Shown here piece by piece: positions 1 to 12,569 of a DNA stretch of 59,651 bases. Both the position numbers and the translations under genes were made by a program. The stretch comes from Stylophora pistillata (lineage: Eukaryota): contig NW_019218915.1 in NCBI RefSeq assembly GCF_002571385.2, forward strand, positions 1 through 59,651, read 5' to 3'. Numbering within the stretch: position 1 is the stretch's first letter; each line of letters opens with the position of its first letter. A model generated the notes under the pieces. It was not told where the DNA came from and did no database searches. It saw only the letters and a list, made by a program, of their open reading frames with translations.

Positions 1-99
1 AAGTTTCCTGGGATGCTATTCCAAATTTTACAACCAATCCTTGAGAATGAGTTTTTATGTTGATTTAGCCTAGAATAGCTTATGTAATAGTTACTGGCA

Positions 100-2330
100 G
101 ATGAAGATCGGGTATTATGATTGTGTATTTGGTGGGAAAGAATGAACAAACCAGAAAGATTAGGGGGTGTTAAATTGTTATGGACATCATGCATTAAGAA
201 AGAAGAGAGTTTAACGTAAAGCGTATTAATTGGCATAATATTAACTGATATAAAATAAGGGATGGCATGTGAATTATAGATGGCAAAGTTCGGCCATTGG
301 GAACATAACTATATTTCAGAATGAATGCTGTATACTTAGAAATGTAGTTTTACTTTAAATGTGCGCCATATTAAGCTGCGGCTGTATTTAACCCAGTTCC
401 ATACTTCCTTGAAATTTTCATGATTGCGAATGTCGATCGTGTCGCATAGAAGTAAAATTGACATAAAACATATTCATATCGACAATAAATTTGTGTTGTA
501 AGCTTGGTTTTTGTGACTATATTTCAGCTGCTACCTCATTTACAGACGTGAGCAAACCGACAGCATATGCTTTATCGATGGCGAGCAGTATTTACATTTG
601 TGTCTTGTCTCAATTTTGTGAATTCTAAATTTTGGTGAACAACAAATTTTTGAATAACTTATTTTTGTGAATGATTAATTTTTGTGAATAACTAATTTGT
701 GTTAACCGCAGCCGCAAGGGAATTTTGCATTGGATATTCCGAACTTTTTTATTCAGTTCTTGTAATAATGGTGGAAGTTTCATCTAACCCAATAATTGAA
801 AAATTGGGCTGTCTGTTTGAAACTAAACTGACGAGATGTGGTGAAGCCAACCAAGTGAAAACATTTTTATAAGGTTGCCCTTGGCTTTCAAAGTTAAACC
901 CAATCATGCCTTCGTTGCGTTCACTTTTCTACCATGAAACTTGATGAAACGAACTTTAATCAGCGAATACCAAGCGGTTAAAGTTCTGATTTTGTTTTGC
1001 CACATTTATCATTTTGCAGATGTAGATACTATCTTGTAGGGCTTGACCCTACACCTGCCTATTGCAGATAAAGACACACAAGCGTTTTAGTGGCAGAGGA
1101 TTCGACGATTGCAGTTTCGCTTGTGAGAGGTAAAATGCGCGGAAAGCTGCAAAGTTTTCAATCCTATTCATGAAGTTCGCGTGATGTAGTTGCCTCTGAA
1201 TCGACTCGCATGTGTTGATATTAATATGACGTTGATGAAGCATGTTGAATACCAAACTAAACTTTCTAATTTAAAAAGAAGCGCTTCAGTTACTCAGAAT
1301 TCAACCTTCTAGGTGTCCGTAAAATAAATACATAGGTTATTGAGGACGTAATTTCAATAGAACTGAAGATAAACACAATGGCCTGGTGTTTAATTCATGA
1401 TAATTGTGCTCGTGTTGGATGCACTCAATAAAGACTCATTGTTGCACGCATTCATTTTATTCGCTTAGGTTCATGTAAATCAAAAGGTCAACTGAAAATA
1501 GATCACAAAACACTAACTGATTCGGTGTACTTAAAACGTAACAGGATATTGAAAAGAGAAACGATATAAAACTAGTTTACATACCAACATTTACAGCTCT
1601 TTTCCTCGAGAGGATATCCAAACACGTGCGTTCACTTAATGTACTTATTGATTACTAATCATGTTTCACATATTGTAATATGATCGATAAAGATTATGAC
1701 GTCGCGGTAACAATGATCTTTCAGTTTGCACTCCCNNNNNNNNNNNCATTGGGTGGCTGGCTTTCGTATTTCAAGGACTATGCCAGTAAATGTAGCTGAA
1801 AAGCTCTCATTCTCAGATAGGCTCTTCCCCTTCTGAGCTTCCATGTTCCCTGTGACATAACTAATGCTAATTTTAGAGCGTTTTTCCTAACTCCAGCGTC
1901 TCTCCCACAATTACGCAAGCAGACTGTTAGACTTCTATAAATGTTATGAAATCGCACTGAATCAATTTTTTTTTGTTTTATTATTCAACCATTACAAGGC
2001 TAAATGAGACTGGAAACGATGCTGTCCGCACTTGTTTGGGATTTTGGATAAGAATTAACATTTAGCTGAAACAGGAAAGAAAAAAAACGAACAGGGAGAG
2101 CTTGATCTCCAAAAAGAGGGAAAATAAGACGAAGAGATCGCGTAACGTTGTTGCGTCTTATAGGCGCCTATAACCACAAAGTCCCCTTAAGGTGATACCA
2201 TACGTTAACCGCTGCTTAATTTATAAGGCCTGGGCTTATACATATTCCCATAATGAGGCTTATACATGGGGAGCTTTTATCCGAGGGGGCACTTAAACCG
2301 GAATAAAGAACCGCTTCGAAACAAGCTCTA
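100..2330 (+). repeat. 3' flank/intergenic block of a Cys-module receptor paralog whose CDS lies upstream of the window
   Basis: Colinear similarity to 13900-15440, 41060-41680, 54860-55640 and 58600-59030, e.g. gctgtatttaacccag, tatcgatg.cgagcagta, gaaactaaactgacgaga, gagagcttgatctcca. Confidence 0.8.
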
Positions 2331-2689
2331 GCAGTGCCTTTGCATTTGCTGGTTTCTGGCGATTCATTTCAACGCATTTGAAACAGAATATAACTAACAA
2401 CACGAACAAACTGGAACAAAACAAAACGGCAGTTCAGACAGTTCTCACGAGGTTCTTCTCGGCTTTCCCATTCGTAAAATCTCAATGAATAATTCACATC
2501 AGATCTCTCAAACATACAGTGGTACCGCGCCATTCCACAGTTTGTTCTCTTTTTTCATCATTATTATTATTAATTATTGTTGTTAATTGTTAGGTAAGCC
2601 TTTCCTGCTTTCCTAATAACATCACTGTTTTCAATACCTTCCTACGTTATTTTTGTCTTCATCAAACACCCTAACCCTCTCGCCCCGCG

Positions 2690-3062
2690 AGCTCGCCCCC
2701 CCCCCCACTTCCACTTTCCCCTCACCAAGATCACTTTTCTCCTCCCACACCTCCGCATTTCCCTCAACAAGATCGCTTTCCTTCTCCCCACTTCCGCCTC
2801 CCCTCAACAATAATGATACAAGAATGTATATAGCTATCCCCCTTCATCTGCTTTCCCCCCACCAAGATCGCTTTCCTCTCCCCCCAGTTCTGCTTTATCC
2901 TCCACCAAGATTGCTTTCCTCCCCCCTCCACTTGTGCTTTCCCCCACCAAGATCGCTTATTTCCTCCGCTTACTTCCGGTTTCTCATCCAGCTAGCTCGC
3001 TTTTCTCCTCCCCACTTCCGCTTTCCCCCCTGTCAAGCTCGCTTTCTTCCTCCCCCCACATC
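2690..3062. repeat. Degenerate C-rich minisatellite (~38-40 bp unit, cttccgctttccccccaccaagatcgctttcctc-like)
   Basis: Recurring caagatcgcttt/caagatcacttt cores separated by C runs. The 155-aa ORF over it is a low-complexity artefact. Confidence 0.75.
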
Positions 3063-3135
3063 AAGCCTATTCATATCTTTTGACAATCCCCTGTCGTTAG
3101 CTTCCCGATCACTTCTTTGACTTACTGTTGCAGTG

Positions 3136-4155
3136 AAAACAGATTCTCACGACAGCAAGCTAAATGTTACTACGCTTTGTCAACTATCATGGAAAATCAT
3201 CCTTTGATCAATGGTTAACCCAAACATATCCATAGTCTCGAGATTAGTGTAGGATTGTCTAAGATAAGTGAAGGATTATGATCTAAACATTACAAAGCAA
3301 ATTTTACTGCATGGCTGGAATTAATTCTGTTCGCAGAAACGGTCTAACGAACCCGACGTAGTTCCGATGTAAACCAGCAGAATGATTACCCCAATACTGT
3401 TACGAAGATTTTCTGAGGCACGAAAAGACAAGGCAATCGTACAGTTTTCCTGTGATGAATAAACCGTTTATAGGCTCGTTGCCCAGCACTTGACCAAAAT
3501 TTCCTATGATTATTGTTTGGCGCCAAATGAATCTCCGGCTATGATACCACGTAACGTGTTTTAAATGGTTTTGTTGACAACTGCATTATTAACTAATGAC
3601 TGATTAAAGAGTCGACCGTTATTTCGATTACATAAACACCTCTACTACCTTAGGCGTTAACTAGAATAAGTTTCAGGTCTTCATAAAAGCAAGCACATGA
3701 CTCGCTCGTATGTAAAGCGATGCCTGATAGACTGTCTTCTGATACGAAACTAACAAATACAAAGTATTCTAGAAACAAACCCGGAAGTTGGGAATGGTTC
3801 TAGAATACTTTTTGTACCCACCATGAGTCGCTTGCTATTGTTTTGAGATCATGCGATGATCACATGTCGCAGACGTACAGTCAAAGGCTTCAAATGTCAA
3901 TTAAAATTTGGCCTGTCAAGAGTTTGTAAAATAACTCTCTCACTTCTTTGACTGTCCGCCTTTGTAGTAAAACACGCTCTCATAACACCAAGCGAGTATT
4001 ACTTTGCTTTGTCAATTACCATGGCAAATCAAACTTTTGATAAACGCCAGACGTACCCATAGTCTTTAAATAAGTAAAGGATTGTGATCTAGCCATTGCA
4101 GGCAAATTATACTGTATGACTGGGTTTTATTCTGTTCGCACAAACGGTGTAACCA
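3136..4155 (+). repeat. Diverged ~200-bp direct repeat pair (3136-3350 and 3969-4155)
   Basis: gctttgtcaa.ta.catgg.aaatca, catagtct, gatcta..catt, attctgttcgca.aaacggt.taac occur in the same order in both copies. Confidence 0.65.
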
Positions 4156-4930
4156 CCCCGCAACCCTACCCGTTTATGCCGTTGTTCTTAATGATGGTTA
4201 ATTTTCCATTTAAAGTGAAAGACGAAAATGTGAAAGACGGAACGGAAGAGCAGTGGAAGTTGTACAAAGTTGGAATTACTCATGAGAGTATTGAACAAGG
4301 CTCAAACAATAGAATGGAACAAGTAGTAAGCAAGCGAAGAAGCGTTACAACACAATGATAAAGATACTGATGATGACATTCATAAATAAATTTATGCCTG
4401 TGAAGGCATCTACGCTGTTTCTATTACGGATCGGAGCGCTTGACGCCACACCTTATTCTGACACAGAAAAGAGAATACGGTTAAAGGTTGGGAAACCGGC
4501 GAAAAAGGAGAANCTCAAAAGGTACATGCTAACAAGGTCTAGTCAAGCAAGGTAAGACAAAAAAAGTTTGTAATTCGGTTTGTGTCTTGTTAACTCCATC
4601 ACTGATTACACAGGTATTAATTCATCACATTTTCCCAAAATCTGTTGTTCTGAGGACTCTGAGCCAGTAATATTATTTGGAGAGGTATTGGTTAGCGTAC
4701 TCGTTGTTTTTCCAGCTGTAATTGGATGCCAATTGCTCATCGGTATAACGGTTTGCAGCCAATGCTTCTCGGCTTAAGTCTAGCAAACAAAAAAAATAAG
4801 CTGATCGATATCAGCGAGCCCGTGACATGTGATATGAAGAGTGGTCAGAGGATTCTTCGGTGTAACAGCTGTCACTGTAGAATCTCAATGTGGATATCCG
4901 TTATATCAACAGTGCAGTGGTATTGGAGGC

Positions 4931-5043
4931 TTATTACACTTAGGACCAAATGTTATTATCTTTAGGACTTTATTATGTTTAGGACCAAATGTTATTAAAT
5001 TTAGGACTTTATTACATTTAGGACAGTTATTACGTTTAGGACT
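4931..5043. repeat. Short tandem array (ttattacatttaggac core, 18/21-bp units)
   Basis: About six ttaggac-containing units. Confidence 0.75.
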
Positions 5044-5589
5044 TCAGCACACCTAACTGGAATAAAAGTGTACTTTGGTATGCAAATTTTGCAAATGTTT
5101 TTCAAGGACGAAAAAAAATTAAAAAAAAGGTTTTCTTTGGTAGTTTTTTTTATCGTTTTTTCAAAGAATTTCAACCTTAGGTTTTTCAATCTTATCCACC
5201 TGACAGAAATCGAAATTGAACCAAGAACAACTAGATTATTCACTAACTACCGGGCGTAACAGTTTCCTTCCAACTGCCGCTTGAAAGCTCAAGTTTGTCG
5301 TTGCGCCTGGCAGTTTTCATTCTCTAGTTTAGGGCCCAGTCCGCCGCAACTAAGCCACACCTGTTATGGTCGCCATTTTTAGTGACGACCTTGAGTGAGA
5401 CAAGTTCTTTCAAGTTTCTTAGTGTGTTCTACGTTTTATCGGGGAAAAACGTGTTTTGTAAGTACTATTCCTATTGTTTGGTTCGTTTTTAATTCAACGT
5501 TTCCTTTCTCCATTGCATCGTTTGTTTCAAACTCCTTTTACCTTCTAGGAACCGTGTAATCCTTCGAGTAAATCACCCTGAAATAAAAG

Positions 5590-5672
5590 AATAAAGGCTG
5601 ATAGTTTCGAAAGAAACTGTTTGGGGCTGCGTCGGTGGGAGTAACGTAATAATTTGGATATATCACAAAGTT
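5590..5672 (-). mobile_element. Penelope-like element 3' end abutting assembly gap
   Basis: Reverse complement of the tail seen at 26250-26325 and 53420-53480 (gttacccccaccgacgcagccccaaacagtttc). Confidence 0.7.
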
Positions 5673-6397
5673 NNNNNNNNNNNNNNNNNNNNNNNNNNNN
5701 NNNNNNNNNNNNNNNNNNNNNNNNNNNNNNNNNNNNNNNNNNNNNNNNNNNNNNNNNNNNNNNNNNNNNNNNNNNNNNNNNNNNNNNNNNNNNNNNNNNN
5801 NNNNNNNNNNNNNNNNNNNNNNNNNNNNNNNNNNNNNNNNNNNNNNNNNNNNNNNNNNNNNNNNNNNNNNNNNNNNNNNNNNNNNNNNNNNNNNNNNNNN
5901 NNNNNNNNNNNNNNNNNNNNNNNNNNNNNNNNNNNNNNNNNNNNNNNNNNNNNNNNNNNNNNNNNNNNNNNNNNNNNNNNNNNNNNNNNNNNNNNNNNNN
6001 NNNNNNNNNNNNNNNNNNNNNNNNNNNNNNNNNNNNNNNNNNNNNNNNNNNNNNNNNNNNNNNNNNNNNNNNNNNNNNNNNNNNNNNNNNNNNNNNNNNN
6101 NNNNNNNNNNNNNNNNNNNNNNNNNNNNNNNNNNNNNNNNNNNNNNNNNNNNNNNNNNNNNNNNNNNNNNNNNNNNNNNNNNNNNNNNNNNNNNNNNNNN
6201 NNNNNNNNNNNNNNNNNNNNNNNNNNNNNNNNNNNNNNNNNNNNNNNNNNNNNNNNNNNNNNNNNNNNNNNNNNNNNNNNNNNNNNNNNNNNNNNNNNNN
6301 NNNNNNNNNNNNNNNNNNNNNNNNNNNNNNNNNNNNNNNNNNNNNNNNNNNNNNNNNNNNNNNNNNNNNNNNNNNNNNNNNNNNNNNNNNNNNNNNN

Positions 6398-9300
6398 GCC
6401 AATCATACCTATTAAAGTGAAAGCCAGAGGGCATCAAGGCTACGTAGTTACACATGCTTTCCTGAAAAGCGGTTCTAACTGAACTTTCTGAATGGATGAA
6501 CTCCTAAGACAATTGAACCTAGAAGGCGAAGAAACGAGTCTCTCACTGAGTACAATCGAGAAAGAGAAAAGTGGGATGGAGTGCTGTGTTGTGAGCCTTG
6601 AAGCCTATGACCTTGAAGAAAATGCCTTTGTTGACTTGCCTACAGTCTTTTCCACCCCCATCTTGCCAGTTTCACCAGCCAATATTCAAAGGCAGGAGGA
6701 CATCGCGGGATGGCCTCATCTTCACGATATCTGTTTACCCCAGGTGGACGCTCAAGTTGGCTTACTAATCGGTAATGACAATGCAAGGGCCCTAAAACCA
6801 ATTGAAATCAAGCAAAGTAGAGGTGAAGGACCCTATGCAGTTCGGACTGTGTTCGGGTGGACAGTGAATGGTCCTCTAGGCCGTGAGAGTGATGGAGCAA
6901 GCCACAGTGGGAGCTTGATCAGAGGAGACATTTAACTAGAGAAACAGTTCGAAAGGTTCTGCGGACTAGAATTCAACGACTCTATCGTTGATGCCACAGC
7001 TCAGATGTCCAGAGAAGATCTCAAAGCCGTTGAGATAATGGAGCAGACAACTGTATTTAATGAAAACCATGACCAGATATAGTTACCATGGAAATCGCAA
7101 CGACCCTCTCTACCTAATAACATCGCTCTTGCAGAGCACAGGTTAAAGCTTCTTAAGACGAGGTTTCGCTGAGATACTGACCTGTTTGGAAACTACTCAA
7201 GTGTTATTGATGATTACTTCCGCAAATGTTACTGTGAAAAGGTTCCAGACAGCTCACTGAGTCGTGCTGATGGTATGGTCTGGTATTGGCCTCATCATCC
7301 CGTGCTACACCCCGCGAAACCTGATAAGACCAGAATTGTCTTTGACTGTGCTGCCAAGTACGTAAATACACCACTGAATGACCTCCTGTTGCAAGGACCA
7401 GACTTTAATAAATCCTTAGATGGTGTGCTACTTAGGTTTAGGCAAGAACGTATAGCTTTGATGTTGGACGTAGAATCCATGTTCCATCAGGTCCAAGTTG
7501 CCCCAGATCCCTGTGATTCGTTGCGCTATTTATGATGGCCTGGGAACGACATGAATAAAGAGCCTCAGGATTTCCGTATCAGAGATCATTTGTTTGGGGC
7601 GGTGCCATCGCCAAGCTGCGCTGGATTTGCCTTGCGCAAGACAGCTAAGGATAACAGTGCTACCTTTCACCCCGACGTTGTCGAAACTGTGAACAAAAAC
7701 TTATACGTTGATGACTGCTTGAAGTCGAGTGAAAGTGAAACTATGTCCATCAAGCTCCTGCCTAAACTCAGTTAGCTGTTAATGAAAGTAGGCTTCCATT
7801 TAACAAAATGGCTGTGTAACTCTCCGAGGGTGCTTGCAACTATTCCTGAGTCAGAGAGAGCAAGTTCTGTAAAAGAGCTCGATTGTGAAATCATGCCAAC
7901 GGAGCGGGCCCTTGGTGTCAGATGGAGTTTAGAATCAGACACTTTTGGGTTTAAAGTGAAGTTTAAGGACAAGCCTCCAAAACGCCGTGGAATGTTATCT
8001 ATAGTGAGTTCAGTGTACGACCCATTTGGTTTCGTAAGTCCTTTCGTACTACCGGCTAAAGCTGTCCTCCAAGACCTATGTAGAAGAGGGCTTAGTTGGG
8101 ATGAAGCCATCCCGGAAGAAAGCTTGAAGTGCTGGAAGGAATGACTTTTAGAACTCTCTCGAATGGAATAGTTTTCTATTGACCGCTGCGTTAAGCCGTA
8201 CGGGTTTGGGAAGATCTCCAAATGCCAACTTCACCACTTCAGCGATGCGATGCAGATTGGTTATGGCTCAGTCACCTACATTCGTCTCGTTGATGAAGGA
8301 GGCCAGGTCCATTGTGCGCTTCTCATGGCCAAGTCAAGAATGGCCCCCCTAAAGTCCATTAGTATTCCACTACTCGAGCTGTCAGCAGCAACTGTGGCTG
8401 TCAGACTCGACAAGATGATAAGAAGAAAGTTAGAGTTGTCTGTGCACGAATCAACCTTCTGAACAGAGAGTACTTCAGTGCTTAAGTACACTGGAAACAT
8501 TAATGCAAGGTTTCACACTTTCTTGGCAAATAGAGTGTCTCAGATTCTCCATGGTTTTTCCCCTGTCCAGTGGAGACATGTCCCAACAAAGTCAAACCCC
8601 GCCGATGATGCGTCAAGGGGTCTTAAGGTTGAAGCCCTTCTAACAGCTGCTCGGTGGAAAATAGGCCCGTCCTTCTTGTGGAAGCCGAAAGATAAGTGGC
8701 CAAATCAGTCCAGCGTTGAGAAAATTTCAAGAGATGATCCTGAAGTCAAGAAAATAATTTCAGTCGGCGATGTGCATACGAAAGAAGCTACTGCAAAAAT
8801 TTATGAAGAATTTAACAGATTCTCTTTATGACACGGTCTTGAGAAGTTCGTCGCCTGGATCCTAAGGTTCAAAGCTAACCTTCATAAAGCGAGCTGTCGA
8901 GCGTTCGAGGTACCAGTAACGCAGAAAGGAAGACAACCTATACAGCCAATCTCTAAAGTCGAGATGAGAGATGCTGAACGAAGTATCATCAAATGTGTTC
9001 AAAAAGAACACTTCAAGGAAGAGATCCAGAGTCTGGAGGTGCCAAAGAATCATGAAGAAAATACAGGCTCAGGGCCCAGGCCAAGTTCCGTTAAGAAGAG
9101 TAGTAGGGTCTTTAGTTTAGACCCGGTCCTCATGGATGGTGTGCTAAGGTTCGAAGGACGTTTACGTCGTGCTTCGCTGCCCCAGGATGCTAAGCACCAT
9201 GTCATCTTACTGAAAATCATCCGTGACAAACTTGATAGTACGACACTATCACTTCATATCTGGTCACTCAGGAAGAGAATACGTTCTGTCCCTATTGCGA

Positions 9301-10345
9301 GGCAAGTTCTGGGTTATTCATGGAAATTCAGTGTTGCGGAAGCTCCGGGTGAAGTGCTTTGATTGTAGACGAAGACAAGCCCCGGTCTGTAATCGGAAAA
9401 TGGCAGATCTCCCTGAGGAACAAGTGTCGGTTTGGCAACCACCTTTTAGCCATGTGGTGATCGACTTCTTTGGCCCGTTTCTGGTGAAGCAAGGTAGACG
9501 TCGATTCAAAAGGTATGGGTGCTTCTTTACTTGTTTGAATATAAGAGCAGTCCACATAGAAGTCGCTTACTCGCTAGATACCGACTCATTCATAAATGCA
9601 CTTCGCCGATTTATTGCGAGGAGAGGCAAGCCAGTGTTGGTGAGAACCGATAACGGTTCCAGTTTTCGCAGCGGAGACAAGGAGATCCGTGCTAAAGTTC
9701 TACAGTGGAATACCCATCGGACTCATGAGTACCTGTTACAGCAAGATGTTTGCTGGATTTTCAACCCTCCCTCTGGATCACACAACGATGGTATTTGGGA
9801 GCGGTGTATCCGCACCACGCGGAAGATTTTGAATGCTTACTGAAGGAGCAAGTTCTTAACGATGAATCCTTGGTAACCCTCGTGTGCGAGATAGAGTCAA
9901 TTATAAATGGTAGACCCATCACAGAGGTGTCTCAGGATCCAAGAAACCTCGAGGCTCTTACCCCAAACCATTTGCTTCTGCTTTGATCTGGATCGACTGT
10001 ACCCCCAGGAATTTTCAAAAATAAGCATACCTATTCTCGCAAGAGATGGCGACAAGTGCAGTATCTCGCGGATCAATTTTAGAGACGGTGGTCTCGTGAG
10101 TATATCCCTTTGTTACAGCACCGGCAGAAGTGGAACTTTCCGCGCAGAAACTTAGCTGTTGGTGACGGTGTGTTGATGGTGAATGACAGCTCTCCTAGGA
10201 GCTGTTGGCCAATGGCGAGAGTAATCGAAGTCATGCCCGGAAGAGACGGATTTGTGCGCCGAGTAAAAGAGAAGTCAAAGACATCAGAGTTAGAACGCCC
10301 TATCGACAAGTGTGTCCTTCTCGAGGCTATGGAGGAATGTGGACT
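6398..10345 (+). mobile_element. BEL/Pao LTR retrotransposon pol remnant (protease, RT, RNase H/Peptidase_A17, integrase, DUF5641-like), many stops and frameshifts
   Basis: Motifs [129 protein letters not shown]. Confidence 0.95.
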
Positions 10346-10359
10346 GCCAAAAATACTGA

Positions 10360-10623
10360 CAAAAATACTTTTCACTAACTTTGAACGATGACATCGAGAT
10401 GGAAAGTCAGGTTTGCAAATATACAGCGAGCAGATCAAACTAGAATTTTTGAGCTCAGACAACTTAATCCAAGTATCCTTTGTCCTGAAATCCACAAAGC
10501 TCACACAAAATTTATAGATATGATTAAGTTTAAATATTTGCAAATGGACAGCAAAATGGAAGGTTACATCATTATTTCACAAGAACAGTGATCTGTTAAG
10601 AGAAGTTACCTCGCAGGTTACTT
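10360..10623 (-). pseudogene. Inverted orphan fragment (stop codon plus 3' UTR) of the Cys-module receptor family, subtype B
   Basis: Reverse complement aligns with 34090-34356 and 46219-46480 (agatcactgttcttgtgaaataa, ccatctcgatgtcatcgttcaaag). Confidence 0.85.
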
Positions 10624-10639
10624 AGCCATGTCCCACTAT

Positions 10640-11175
10640 CCTTTAGATCACCTGTAATGTTTCCTATTTTCATTACGAACAGCATTTATTTGATTTTTGC
10701 GAATCAGGTCACTGATTTTCTCTTGGCGAGTGGCTCTCATAGCATCACTCTCTGTTCTTGCATTCTCATTTCGGATCTTACAAAGGTGCTTTACCAGTGG
10801 TGACATGTAAGGTGGGTCTCTCGAAGATAACTTGACTGTTATCACTTGAAAACAGTCATTATAAATTTGCTCTAGTTTCTGACTCAACAGTTCAACACTC
10901 TCATCAAGGTTAGCCAGGGAGCTTAAAACACTCCAGTCATACTCCTCAAGCTTTAAGTCCATCGCAATTTTACAGTGTTCACGGGTGTCTCTAAAGCCGA
11001 CCTTTTTCCTACTATTTTTTTTCCGGAGTGGAGGCACAATAATAGCAAAATGATCAGATCTTACAAGACCTTTCATTGAAGAACCGGGTTTCTAAAGGAA
11101 CGGGTAGTTTGTAATGAACACATCTAGAGTTCGTTTGACACGTGTAGGAGCTTTTATCAATTGTTTGAAAACCGC
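10640..11175 (-). mobile_element. Non-LTR retrotransposon fragment (end of APE endonuclease plus linker, CR1/L2 group)
   Basis: TLDVFITN..GLVRSDH, YDWS..L..LDE.V, SSRDPPYMSPLVKHL. Confidence 0.75.
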
Positions 11176-11379
11176 TATGGCAAGCTGGGCTCCCTCTTTA
11201 AATATCTTTTTTTAAGAAAGAAATAAATAAATAAATAAATAAACTCCCCGATGTTTAGTTGTTTAATATCACCAGCAATAATAACTGGGGTGAGCGTTCG
11301 CAACCGACCACTTCCACTCTTTACCATTGTCGGTCTTTTATTGCTATCCAATTCGCGAGATATAAAAACAGGGATTCTG

Positions 11380-11929
11380 CCAACCTCGTTCCCAGGGTAT
11401 CTCATCTTCCCGTCCCCCGAAGCGAGCGAGGAGAGACCCTGGTATAGGCTGGTCAAGTGTCTTGCAGATTTTAGCAGATTTCAAATTAGCGGTTTGAGGA
11501 AGGGGCAGATAAGTGGGAAACTCTCTCCACTTAGTCCTCTGGCGAGCGTAGCTTATCGGCAGTCAAAACAAGCGACACGTGAAGCGCTTCCAACCGAATA
11601 TCAACTGAGAATATTCAGCAGACGCCCAAAAAGATCAGTAAATCTTCCACTACGGTAAATATCAATTGTTGCAGGCTTTGCAAATCAGTTGGAAATGTAT
11701 CTTGCTCGAAGAACATCTGCCAACTCATGGCAGCTCATGATCAACTCGTGAAACCTAGCACTTTTTAATCTGAACAAAGGGGTACCCCAATCACGCAGAT
11801 TATCCCTGTACGGACCATACATTTATATTCTATAAGAGAAACATTGAACCTCTTTCCCAGGGTCTCTCATCTTCCCATTCCCTCTCGCCACAGGGAGCGG
11901 GACGCTAAGAGACCCTGGGAAGGAGTTTG
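11380..11929. mobile_element. Two short palindromic MITE-like repeats (11380-11445 and 11847-11929)
   Basis: aacctc.ttcccagggt...gagaccctgg(gaaggagttt) inverted termini. Confidence 0.6.
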
Positions 11930-12569
11930 GGGAAATATCAATTTCACCCCTTCCCACTCAACGACCAAGAGGCCCAAAATCAAACACTGCATCATGCAGC
12001 ATTTCAGTCGAACGCTGTTGGTACGTTATCTGGGTATTTCTCGCTGTTCCCACCCCAGTTGTAACGTGAATTGTTCTTTGTGAATAAGATCTAAAATGAG
12101 ATAAGGGGAAATTAAACCACTCATTAGGAATTATTCTAACAAATGCTACATTTGGTTAACAAAATTAAATTTGTCAAAACATACTTACGTTTAAAACTTC
12201 ACACGCGATGAAATAAAAGATGACTAATACGCGCGTTGCCATAATGATACTAAAAAAGCATTAAGAATTTAATGGCAAGTTTCGCAGAGGTTATCGGAGG
12301 TAAGTATTTACAAATGACTATCGTTTTCTCCGTAAATTTGCCCTGTTTTGCAGTGTAATATGGTGGCATATACTGTGCATTCTCAAGACCTTATTTGGTA
12401 AAATGACATAGCTTTTCTCCTCTTCCCCTTCAATCCGATTCCATTTCACCTTTCCCCTGTCCCCTCATAATTTATTAAAGAGGGTTTCCATGGTAAAGGG
12501 TTTGGAGAAAGTTTGCATCTAATTATATCTCACATCGAACAGACGCCATTGAAAATTGTGAAGAAGACA

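Noticed and set aside
2653-3120. 155-aa Pro/Ser-rich ORF
   Set aside because: Translation of a C-rich minisatellite with a non-ATG start.
5538-6455. Long ORFs across N runs (also 32919-33272)
   Set aside because: Artefacts of assembly gaps.
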